From Patescibacteria group bacterium (GTDB lineage Bacteria; Patescibacteriota; Minisyncoccia; Ryanbacterales; GWA2-47-10b), in contig JBBTSE010000005.1 in the NCBI GenBank assembly GCA_038064855.1, positions 1-61,120 on the forward strand: 61,120 bases of DNA, given 5' to 3'. Both the position numbers and the translations under genes were made by a program. Shown piece after piece: positions 44,990-52,824 of this stretch (the stretch's first letter is position 1; each line of letters opens with the position of its first letter). The notes below the pieces were generated by a model. The model was not told where the DNA came from, made no database searches, and saw only the letters and a program-made list of their open reading frames with translations.

Positions 44990-46582
44990 CTAGCTCAAAA
45001 ACAAATCTTTTTTGGGGCGGTATTGAAGTGCTTCAAGTAAATGTTCGCGCCCGATATTTTTTGTACCAGCAAGATCCGCAATCGTACGCGACACTTTGAG
45101 TACGCGATGATACGCGCGCGCTGACAGGTCCAACCGTTTTGACGCATCTTCCAAAAGTTTTTTCTCCGTCTCACCAAGCGCGCAATGTGTCTTGATATCG
45201 CGCAGTGTCATTTCACTGTTGGTCGCAAATTGCACCTCGCCAAATCGCACGCGTTGAGCATTACGTGCTAAGGTAACACGCTCGCGCACGGCGGCGGACG
45301 TCTCCCCCGCCTCCGTATCAGAAGCTAGTTTTTCATATTCTACTTGTGGCATTTCAAGCCACATATCAATACGATCAACGATTGGGCCCGAGAGTCTGCG
45401 CGCGTAGCGTTCGAGCGCACTATTGCTACAGGTGCAAATTTTAGTTGATCCTTTGTTGCCGCATGGGCACGGGTTCATGGCGGCAGCCAGCATGATGTGT
45501 GCGGGAAATGTCATAGAACCTTTTGCGCGTGAAATAGAGATCATCCGATCTTCTAATGGTTGGCGTAGCGTTTCAATCACTCTCCTATCAAATTCAGGAA
45601 ACTCGTCTAAAAAAAGTACGCCGCCGTGCGCAAGTGTTACCTCACCCGGGCGCGGTATCGTGCCGCCACCGACGAGTGAAACATACGAAGAGGTATGGTG
45701 TGGACTCCGAAAAGGTCGTTCGCGCACGACGCCTCCCCGCAAAACACCCGCCGCGCTATGTATGGATGTAATGTCGAGCGCTTCTTCAAATGAGAGTGGA
45801 GGGAGTATTGATGCCAGAGCCCGCGCGAGTAGGGTCTTGCCGGTACCAGGCGGACCGATAAATGCCACATGGTGATTGCCTGCCGCCGCGATCTCAAGGC
45901 CGCGCTTGGCAAATTCTTGACCTTTGATATCGCGCAGATCAAGCTCGGGGTTCTCTGTCTTTGGTGAAAACATTTTTTGTCTCACGGGTTCAAGTGTATG
46001 CTCACCCATCAAATGTTTGGTGATGTCGGAGAAATGTTTTATGGCATAGATAGTGATACCGCCTACCAGTGACGCTTCCTCAAGATTGCCCTCGGGTACA
46101 TACGCCTCATCAAATCCGTTTTCACGCGCCGATAGCAAGAGGGAGACAACACCGCGCACGGGCCGTGTGGATCCTTCGAGTGCTAACTCGCCTACAAAGA
46201 ATTTTTTTTCTGGCGCAAATTTTATCTGACCCGATTCAGCCAAGTACGCGAGTGCGATCGGTACATCAAAAAAAGCGCCCTCTTTCGGCAAGTCCGCGGG
46301 CGCCAGATTCACGGTGATGCGATTGTTTTTCTTTTGTGGTGGGCGAAAGCCCGAATTTTTTATAGCGGCAGACACGCGTTCTCGCGCTTCTTCTACTGCT
46401 TTATCAGGTAGTCCTACAATCGAGAGGCGGTGAAGTCCCGGCACCATATCAATTTCAACTTCAATAGGAAATCCCTTGAGCCCTACAATTTGTCCCGAGT
46501 GGATTTTTGTCGCCACAGGTTTATGACGAGTGTTTGATACAGGTTTTTGCGGCGGGGTTGGCCTCAAGGCGCGCTTCATCAA
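44990..46582 (-). CDS. comM: YifB/ComM-family Mg-chelatase-like AAA+ ATPase
   Basis: Lon-like N-domain (GLPDKAVEEARERV), Walker A GPPGTGKT, Walker B LFLDEF, C-terminal ChlI region. The real start is probably GTG at 46516, 4 nt after the upstream stop. Confidence 0.85.
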   Translation of the reverse strand: MMKRALRPTPPQKPVSNTRHKPVATKIHSGQIVGLKGFPIEVEIDMVPGLHRLSIVGLPDKAVEEARERVSAAIKNSGFRPPQKKNNRITVNLAPADLPKEGAFFDVPIALAYLAESGQIKFAPEKKFFVGELALEGSTRPVRGVVSLLLSARENGFDEAYVPEGNLEEASLVGGITIYAIKHFSDITKHLMGEHTLEPVRQKMFSPKTENPELDLRDIKGQEFAKRGLEIAAAGNHHVAFIGPPGTGKTLLARALASILPPLSFEEALDITSIHSAAGVLRGGVVRERPFRSPHHTSSYVSLVGGGTIPRPGEVTLAHGGVLFLDEFPEFDRRVIETLRQPLEDRMISISRAKGSMTFPAHIMLAAAMNPCPCGNKGSTKICTCSNSALERYARRLSGPIVDRIDMWLEMPQVEYEKLASDTEAGETSAAVRERVTLARNAQRVRFGEVQFATNSEMTLRDIKTHCALGETEKKLLEDASKRLDLSARAYHRVLKVSRTIADLAGTKNIGREHLLEALQYRPKKDLFLS

Positions 46583-46874
46583 TTTCTATTCCATCTACTT
46601 CGCATTTGCCAAAATCGCCCGTAGGAATGCGATCGAGTGCCGCATCAATCTCGCGCAATTTTTCTTCGAGGGCAGTTTCTACGCCAAGCGCGTTATCAAA
46701 CTCCTCTACTTCGTCAGCCATATCGTTGCGATCTGATGGATCAACATTGAGATCAGGATATGATGGCTCCCAATCACCCGGTACCTTTGGATTTTTGGTG
46801 CCGACTGATGAAAGAGTTTTTTCAATTTGCAGTTTTTCTTCGCGCAGAAGTTTTTCAAATTTTGCAGTATTCAT
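46521..46874 (-). CDS. DksA/TraR-family zinc-finger protein
   Basis: Coiled-coil N-part and C-terminal GKCEVDG..IDEARLEANPAAKTCIKH. Only two Cys are visible, so the zinc site may be degenerate. Confidence 0.55.
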   Translation of the reverse strand: MNTAKFEKLLREEKLQIEKTLSSVGTKNPKVPGDWEPSYPDLNVDPSDRNDMADEVEEFDNALGVETALEEKLREIDAALDRIPTGDFGKCEVDGIEIDEARLEANPAAKTCIKHSS

Positions 46875-46886
46875 ACTCCAAGTCTA

Positions 46887-47750
46887 TCATCGTACCACGA
46901 GTCGTTCAATCGCAGCTTTCAGCGACCGCTCAGAGGTTGCGATGACCAAGAGTTCTTTGCGAGCGATGCCATAACCAACAATGCGTAGCGACCCTTCACC
47001 GTAGCGACCAAAGCGCGTGTCGGTATTGCGAATGATGACATCGCGAAACTCGACGATACCCGGATCATTTTCGCGTAGGAGAGAAGTAAACTGCCGCAAG
47101 AGTGTTCGCTCCCAGCTAAACATCACACCGCGCGCGGTACTTTCGTTTTTGATACCAAAGACAAAAACCAAATCAGATCCGTAGTAGTAGGCGTTCCATT
47201 CGCTCGTAAGGTTTGTATAAAAATCACTTGATGGCGCAAAAATTTCCAGTGTCTCCAAAAATTCTTTCGGGCTTGTAAGCGTATAGTCTTTGCCCGCATC
47301 AGCACTCAGTACCGGAAGGTAGGTAAAAGTATTGTTAGCGTTTTGTCTACCAAATCGTTCAATCTCTTGGAAAAGTCCCGTACGATCTCCACGGCGAAAT
47401 TTAATGACTGATGTTGTTTGCGGGTTGATGATTGGCCGTGGATATTCTGGTCCCGCTACTGGTCCCCCACCGCCACCCGTGTTTTGTTTTTTGATTATGA
47501 AAAAATAATATCCAGCCCCACCAGCACCCATGAGTAACATGATAAAAAGAAAAACACTCAAGATGCGTCCCGTATTGCTCGGGCTCGGCGCGTTGTGCGG
47601 ACGCGCGAGCTGGTAGTTTCCTTCGCGGATAGATTTTTGTTGCTGCGCGTAAATATCGGCAAACGATATTTGGTCGCGCCGCAGCAGTTGCTCCGCATCA
47701 CCTCTCATGGTGCGGATAAACGAATCTCTCCGGTCTTGGTTCGGAGGCAT
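46887..47750 (-). CDS. Hypothetical single-pass membrane protein
   Basis: Cytoplasmic N-part, TM ILSVFLFIMLLMGAGGAGYYFFII, Gly-rich linker, extracytoplasmic domain. No family recognised. Confidence 0.5.
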   Translation of the reverse strand: MPPNQDRRDSFIRTMRGDAEQLLRRDQISFADIYAQQQKSIREGNYQLARPHNAPSPSNTGRILSVFLFIMLLMGAGGAGYYFFIIKKQNTGGGGGPVAGPEYPRPIINPQTTSVIKFRRGDRTGLFQEIERFGRQNANNTFTYLPVLSADAGKDYTLTSPKEFLETLEIFAPSSDFYTNLTSEWNAYYYGSDLVFVFGIKNESTARGVMFSWERTLLRQFTSLLRENDPGIVEFRDVIIRNTDTRFGRYGEGSLRIVGYGIARKELLVIATSERSLKAAIERLVVR

Positions 47751-47772
47751 AGTTTTTTAGAAAAGAAAAAGA

Positions 47773-49968
47773 TTACCTACGAGGAGGGCGACCACCACCG
47801 CGCGGACGGTCACTACCCGGACGCGGACGGCGCTCTTCTTTCTCGGCCGTGCGGACAGCAGTTTCTTCTACTGTCTCAGTCATGGCACGGATAGAAAGGT
47901 TGACGCGACCCATTTGGTCGATGCCAGTGATTTTTGCTTCCACCTCATCCCCCACATTCACTATATCGGTTACTTTGCCTACACGGAAGCCAGCAAGTTC
48001 TGAGATGTGCACGAGTCCTTCTTGGCGAGGCGCAAACTCAATCATGGCGCCAAACTCAAATACGCGTGATACCTTGCCGCGGACGATTTCGCCCGCTTCG
48101 TATTCTTTGGTTATCGCGAGCACGCGAGCTTGCGCCATCTCGGCTGCTTCTTGGTTGGTGCCCGTGATATAGACAACACCTGTCTGCTCAATATCAATAG
48201 TAGCTTTGGTCTCGGCGATGATTTCATTGATAGTTTTACCTCCAGGGCCGATGACATCACGGATTTTATCTATAGGAATATTCATCTTGATAACACGAGG
48301 CGCGTGTGCTGGAAGGTTCGCGCGAGGTGCGGGCATAGCTTTGAGGATGACATCCATAATACGCATGCGTGCATCAAGTGCGTCGGCGAGCGCGTCGCGC
48401 AAGATTTTCAATGTTACGCCACCCACTTTGACATCCATCTGCACGGCAGTTACACCTTCAGATGTTCCAGCGGCTTTAAAATCCATATCGCCATGATGAT
48501 CTTCCGGTCCTTGGATATCAGTCAAAACTTTATAGGTGTTTTCATCTTTCATCATGAGACCCATAGCGATACCGCTGACAGGGCGCTTGATCGGCACGCC
48601 TGCGTCCATGAGTGCGAGAATTGAACCGCATACCGAACCCATCGATGATGATCCGTTTGATGAGAGTGTCTCCGATACGATGCGAATAGTGTAAGGAAAA
48701 TCTTCTTTGGCAGGGATAACTGCCTCCAAAGCTTTTTCAGCCAAAGCACCATGACCTATCTCACGGCGTCCGGGTGAACCCATACGACCCGTCTCGCCTA
48801 CTGAAAACGGTGGGAAGTTGTAGTGATGCATGAAATTCTTTTTAGTACGAACATCCATACCTTCGATCAAGAGTTCGTCGCCAGGTGCGCCCAAAGTTAC
48901 GACTGACAAGATGTGTGTATCACCGCGGAAGAAAAGACCTGATCCGTGTGTGCGCGCGAGAAGACCGGTTGACGCAAAAAGCGAGCGCAATTCTTTCATA
49001 CCGCGGCCATCGGGGCGGCGATCTTTCTCAAGAGCGTTGCGATGTACGATATCGTTGATCGCTTCCTCGTACATATCAGAGGTCGTACCCTTTGAAAGTG
49101 TTGGAAATTGTTCTTTGACCGAGCTCATCCATTCAGCTTTTAGTTCGCCAAGCGTATGGTCACGGTGTACTTTGTCAGGCACAAAGAGCGCATCTTCCAA
49201 ACGCTGCATAAAATGCTTGTTCAAAAGATTTACCGTCTCTGCGGGCGCTTCTTCAATCTTTGGCGCAAATTTTTTCTTCGAGATTTTCTTAAAAATTTCG
49301 TTTTGAAATTCGTTTATCTCGTTAATATGTTTGAGTGCGAGTTCAATCGCCTTGGCAAATTCTTCCTCAGGCATTTCTTTTGCCTTACCCTCCAACATAT
49401 TTACTTTGCTATCACAGCCGGATACTACGAGATCGAGCACATGTGCGGCGCGTTCGGTATCGGTCGGGTTGATGATAAAGGCACCATCAGTCTTGCCTAC
49501 GCGCACCGAGCTTACGGGCCCTGCCCATGGGATATCTGAGCTACCGAGCGCAAGGGATGCGGCAAGTACCGCCAAAATATCAGGGCTATTTTCTTCGTCG
49601 AGTGAAAGTGTCGAGGTGACTACCTGTACATCATGACGGATACGATGATCAAAAAGTGGGCGTATGGTGCGGTCGATAAGGCGGCCGATCAAAACGGCTT
49701 CTTCAGACGGACGACCTTCACGGCGCATAAAGCGCGAACCCAAAATACGGCCCGCGGCATAAAACTTTTCCTCGTAATCAACGGTAAGTGGAAAGTATTC
49801 AACCGTCTCGCGTGCATTGTGTGACATTACCGCGGTGGCAAATACCGTGGTACCACCAACAGTCACCATAACTGAACCGTTGGCTTGAGATGCGATATTA
49901 TTAAACTCAACTGTTATTGTTTTGCCAGCGATATCGCGGGTAAAGATTTGTTTTTCAAGCATTGTCAT
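47773..49968 (-). CDS. pnp: Polyribonucleotide nucleotidyltransferase (PNPase)
   Basis: Two RNase PH domains, KH (GPGGKTINEI) and S1 (GEIVRGKVSRVFEFGAMIEF), Arg/Gly-rich tail. Confidence 0.95.
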   Translation of the reverse strand: MTMLEKQIFTRDIAGKTITVEFNNIASQANGSVMVTVGGTTVFATAVMSHNARETVEYFPLTVDYEEKFYAAGRILGSRFMRREGRPSEEAVLIGRLIDRTIRPLFDHRIRHDVQVVTSTLSLDEENSPDILAVLAASLALGSSDIPWAGPVSSVRVGKTDGAFIINPTDTERAAHVLDLVVSGCDSKVNMLEGKAKEMPEEEFAKAIELALKHINEINEFQNEIFKKISKKKFAPKIEEAPAETVNLLNKHFMQRLEDALFVPDKVHRDHTLGELKAEWMSSVKEQFPTLSKGTTSDMYEEAINDIVHRNALEKDRRPDGRGMKELRSLFASTGLLARTHGSGLFFRGDTHILSVVTLGAPGDELLIEGMDVRTKKNFMHHYNFPPFSVGETGRMGSPGRREIGHGALAEKALEAVIPAKEDFPYTIRIVSETLSSNGSSSMGSVCGSILALMDAGVPIKRPVSGIAMGLMMKDENTYKVLTDIQGPEDHHGDMDFKAAGTSEGVTAVQMDVKVGGVTLKILRDALADALDARMRIMDVILKAMPAPRANLPAHAPRVIKMNIPIDKIRDVIGPGGKTINEIIAETKATIDIEQTGVVYITGTNQEAAEMAQARVLAITKEYEAGEIVRGKVSRVFEFGAMIEFAPRQEGLVHISELAGFRVGKVTDIVNVGDEVEAKITGIDQMGRVNLSIRAMTETVEETAVRTAEKEERRPRPGSDRPRGGGRPPRR

Positions 49969-50494
49969 TTTCGTCAGGGGTTCGTTGTTTTCTAATTCTC
50001 ATAATATACTTGCCTTCAGCGCCAAGGTCGATAAACTCGTCAGCTGATTCTTTGAGTTTGAGTGATGTACTGCGGCCAAATGACATCACCTCAACTCTAC
50101 GGCCATTATTTTTCAAATATTCTACCAAGGGTACAAAATCGCCGTCACCCGAGCAGATAACAATAGTATCTACCGTGCTCGCGGTGCGTACCGCGTCAAT
50201 CGCAAGGCCCACATCCCAATCAGCTTTTTTGGCGCCACCATAAAACTCTTGGAGCTCTTTGGCGCGCGTTTCAATGCCAAGGGCGACCAGCGCATCAAAA
50301 AATCCCTTTTCCTCCCCCGTCTTGGTACTGATGACATAGCCAAACGCGCGTATAAGTTGACGATTTGCCACAGCGGTCTTGAGTACTTCTTTGAAGTTTA
50401 CACGCGCGCCAAAGAGTGATCGCGCGGAGTGATACAAATTTTGCGCGTCGATAAACACAGCGACGCGCTGATCTTTATGCTTTCTAAGGTCCAT
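49955..50494 (-). CDS. NYN-domain (LabA/DUF88-like) protein
   Basis: VAVFIDAQNLYHS and IVICSGDGDFVPLVEYLK match NYN nuclease-fold motifs. Confidence 0.7.
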   Translation of the reverse strand: MDLRKHKDQRVAVFIDAQNLYHSARSLFGARVNFKEVLKTAVANRQLIRAFGYVISTKTGEEKGFFDALVALGIETRAKELQEFYGGAKKADWDVGLAIDAVRTASTVDTIVICSGDGDFVPLVEYLKNNGRRVEVMSFGRSTSLKLKESADEFIDLGAEGKYIMRIRKQRTPDENDNA

Positions 50495-50760
50495 TATTTT
50501 TTAATGCCGAAGTGTCGCTGGAGTTCCAAAAGTTTTTTTGGATCACCTTTGGCGATGTACTCGAGCAGTGACTTGCGCTTTGCGACCATTTTCAAAAGAC
50601 CGCGGCGAGAGTGATTGTCCTTGCGGTATTTTTTAAGATGATCGGCGAGTCGTTCGATTTGAGCGCATAAAAGGCCGATCTGAACCTCCGAAGAGCCCGT
50701 GTCTGTCTCATGGACGCGGTGCTTTTCGATGAGTTTAGTTTTTTTCACTGTTGTCAGCAT
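50494..50760 (-). CDS. rpsO: 30S ribosomal protein S15
   Basis: MLTTVKKTKLIEKHRVHETDTGSSEVQIGLL...NHSRRGLLKMVAKRKSLLEY. Start set at ATG 50760; the track ORF's N-terminal extension to 50901 is not S15-like. Confidence 0.9.
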   Translation of the reverse strand: MLTTVKKTKLIEKHRVHETDTGSSEVQIGLLCAQIERLADHLKKYRKDNHSRRGLLKMVAKRKSLLEYIAKGDPKKLLELQRHFGIKK

Positions 50761-50767
50761 GGAAAGT

Positions 50768-50796
50768 ATTCTAACAAACCTTCGGTCTTTTGACAA
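50768..50796 (-). promoter_or_regulatory. rpsO promoter TTGTCA-17-TAGAAT, -10 only 7 nt from the ATG (leaderless candidate)
   Basis: Minus strand has TTGTCA (50796-50791), a 17-nt spacer, TAGAAT (50773-50768), ACTTTCC, then the ATG. No SD. Confidence 0.55.
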
Positions 50797-50818
50797 GAGG
50801 GGTATTTGCCCGTATAGT
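50790..50818 (+). promoter_or_regulatory. Near-consensus promoter TTGACA-17-TATAGT, divergent from rpsO
   Basis: TTGACA at 50790-50795 and TATAGT at 50813-50818. The -35 overlaps the rpsO -35 on the opposite strand. Confidence 0.6.
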
Positions 50819-50824
50819 GGTGCC

Positions 50825-51032
50825 AGCTCCCGTGCGGTATGCTGACCACGCGGGACAACGCAGGCGCGGCCTCGGTTAGGGGAAGGTTCGTGCCGCCACA
50901 CGATCCGCTCACCCTCTTTTCGGGGTCGCGCCTGCTCATCTTGCAGTTCTTTCTCAAATCAATTCTTAAGCCGCACAAAGCGGCTTCGCACTACAGGGCG
51001 AGTCTATCACAGGCTCGCCTTTCGTATTTTTT
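50825..51032 (+). ncRNA. Candidate structured GC-rich RNA (~205 nt) of unknown family, or a long structured xerC leader
   Basis: Hairpin 50829-50854. 76-nt irregular hairpin 50860-50935 with a 9-bp perfect base (GCAGGCGCG/CGCGCCTGC) and at least five G-U pairs valid only in the plus sense. Hairpin 50968-50986. Terminator hairpin 50996-51020 plus TTTCGTATTTTTT. Confidence 0.5.
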
Positions 51033-51052
51033 GCTATACTGATTGTAATATT

Positions 51053-51940
51053 GTGCGACCTATGACGATTGAAAAAATAATGCGTGAGTTTTTGGAAGAT
51101 TTGGAGCTTGAGCGTGGCCGCTCACCAAAGACGATAGAAAACTATAACCACTATCTCAAGCGTTTTTTTACGCACGCCAAAGTCTTAAACCCCGCGCACA
51201 TCTCTGACGACTTGGTCCGCTCGTACCGTCTCGCGCTCAACCGTACGGGACTTTCACCTCGCACGCGCAATTATCACCTTATTGCGTTGCGGATGTTTTT
51301 AAAATATTTAGCCAAGCGCGATATTAAATCACTCGCGCCCGAGCGCGTGGAGCTCGCCAAACTTGGAGACCGAGACATTGATATACCGCACGAAGGAGAC
51401 TTGGAGCGATTGCTGGGTGCGCCAAAAACTGATGCCCTGCAAGGAGTTCGCGACCGCGCGATCTTAGAACTACTGTTCTCAACTGGACTGCGCGTATCAG
51501 AACTCACGGCGCTCAATCGTGACTCGCTCGATCTGGGTCGTGATGAATTTTCCGTGCGTGGCAAGGGTTCGAAGATACGCATCGTATTTTTATCCAAAGA
51601 CGCTAAAGACTCAATCCGCGCGTATCTCTCCAAGCGCGGTGATATGTCAGAAGCACTTTTTGTAGGTACGCAAAAGAAAAATCCTGCGCGTCTCACGCCG
51701 CGTCAGATCGAACGACTTGTAAAACGCTACGCGATTAGCGCAGGCATCCCCGGCAAAGTGACACCACATACTTTGCGTCACTTGTTTGCTACCGATCTTT
51801 TGCTCAACGGCGCTGATATCAGATCAGTACAAGCGATGCTCGGACACTCGTCGATCACCACTACACAAATCTATACTCACATGACTGACCGGCAACTCCG
51901 CGAAGTACACAAAGCATTTCACGGAAAGCGCAGAAAGTAA
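51053..51940 (+). CDS. xerC: Tyrosine recombinase XerC/XerD family
   Basis: N-terminal SAM-like domain (LELERGRSPKTIENYNHYLKRF). Catalytic R (GLRVSEL), K, HxxR (HTLRHLFAT), R/H (LGHSSITTTQIYTH with Tyr). The start may be ATG 51062. Confidence 0.85.
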   Translation: MRPMTIEKIMREFLEDLELERGRSPKTIENYNHYLKRFFTHAKVLNPAHISDDLVRSYRLALNRTGLSPRTRNYHLIALRMFLKYLAKRDIKSLAPERVELAKLGDRDIDIPHEGDLERLLGAPKTDALQGVRDRAILELLFSTGLRVSELTALNRDSLDLGRDEFSVRGKGSKIRIVFLSKDAKDSIRAYLSKRGDMSEALFVGTQKKNPARLTPRQIERLVKRYAISAGIPGKVTPHTLRHLFATDLLLNGADIRSVQAMLGHSSITTTQIYTHMTDRQLREVHKAFHGKRRK

Positions 51941-51962
51941 TTTTTTAAAAATAAAAATGAAA

Positions 51963-51990
51963 ACGGAGGATCCTTGCCAGGATCCTCCGT
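51963..51990. terminator. Bidirectional terminator hairpin ACGGAGGATCC-ttgcca-GGATCCTCCGT
   Basis: 11-bp perfect stem. An A/T-rich run on the left gives a U-tail for the minus-strand small-ORF operon; the tail for xerC is weaker (GCCGTTTCGG). Confidence 0.65.
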
Positions 51991-52102
51991 GCCGTTTCGG
52001 GTCAACTCCCAATGCCGTGGGTTATTGCCCTACCTGTTTCGTCATCACGACGCATAGTGGGTGAGTGTTTGCCGTCACTCCCCTAGCGCCAGTATCCATC
52101 TG

Positions 52103-52303
52103 TCAGCAGCTGATGCACCGTGCCGGCGGCGTCATTGCCGTGATCTGCGGACGCGGATGCTCGCGCGTCCTCCCCTCGCGGTTGGCGCGAACGATCGCCT
52201 CGTCTTCGCGCACCATGCGGTCGGTGTTGAGCGGATAGCGAGTATCGCTTCCTGATGCCGCCACATGCGACCACTGACCTACTGACGGATTCCACCTGCT
52301 CAT
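52103..52303 (-). CDS. Hypothetical 66-aa protein (island small ORF 2)
   Basis: SD GAGGGGGA about 4 nt upstream of the ATG. GC-rich, ends ..PPARCISC, followed by terminator 51963-51990. Other overlapping frames lack an SD. Confidence 0.45.
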   Translation of the reverse strand: MSRWNPSVGQWSHVAASGSDTRYPLNTDRMVREDEAIVRANREGRTREHPRPQITAMTPPARCISC

Positions 52304-52349
52304 ACTTCCCCCTCGCTAGAGCTCCCCCATGGAGCTCATCTGTGAATTG

Positions 52350-52517
52350 CTACCCTCTCCGATCCCCGTCTTCGTGGGGGTTCTGCTGCGAGCCAGATTC
52401 GTTCGGCGCGGCCTGAGCGGTACGATCCCTCATCGCCTCCGGGAGTCTCCTTGGTCCCCGGTTTGGTGTGCGTAGAGTGGTACGCGCGCGCGTCACGATT
52501 CTGTCCTTTCGCTTCAT
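52350..52517 (-). CDS. Hypothetical 55-aa basic protein (island small ORF 1)
   Basis: Hand-translated as MKRKDRIVTRARTTLRTPNRGPRRLPEAMRDRTAQAAPNESGSQQNPHEDGDRRG. SD AAGGAGGG 3 nt upstream of the ATG. Below the ORF-track cutoff. Confidence 0.45.
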   Translation of the reverse strand: MKRKDRIVTRARTTLRTPNRGPRRLPEAMRDRTAQAAPNESGSQQNPHEDGDRRG

Positions 52518-52571
52518 GGTCCCTCCTTGTGGGGTTTGTCAGCCAAAAGGCCGACTGGTTTTCTGTTCATT

Positions 52572-52599
52572 ATTCTATACCTGACCCAAAATATTGCAA
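52572..52599 (-). promoter_or_regulatory. Candidate promoter TTGCAA-16-TAGAAT for the small-ORF operon
   Basis: Minus strand has TTGCAA (52599-52594) and TAGAAT (52577-52572). A 5'-UTR hairpin GTCGGCC-tttt-GGCTGAC follows. Confidence 0.4.
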
Positions 52600-52673
52600 G
52601 AGTGTCGTATTTATGGTCTTCTATAACATCAAAAAATCGTTGAAGAATAAGGGTTTTTGGTATGTTAAGGCAC

Positions 52674-52702
52674 TTGACTTTTATCATATTATTTGGTATA
52701 AT
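52674..52702 (+). promoter_or_regulatory. Strong promoter TTGACT-17-TGgTATAAT (extended -10) for the island two-gene operon
   Basis: TTGACT at 52674-52679, TG at 52694-52695, TATAAT at 52697-52702. About 115-nt leader before ATG 52825, with GGAG 7 nt upstream. Confidence 0.65.
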
Positions 52703-52824
52703 AGCTTCAGAAATACAGATAAGGACAGAACCTTGATTTGTGAACTCCAAGTCCAAAAGGGCTTGAAAAATAAGGCAAAAACAACAACGAAGCGCTGAAA
52801 TACTGCGCAAAATGGAGTCCAGAG

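Noticed and set aside
50839-51042. 67-aa ORF inside the structured rpsO-xerC transcript as a real gene
   Set aside because: Its ATG sits in a hairpin loop without an SD, and its translation is low-complexity. The region's stem pattern with strand-specific G-U pairs favours RNA structure. It is kept only as an alternative to test.
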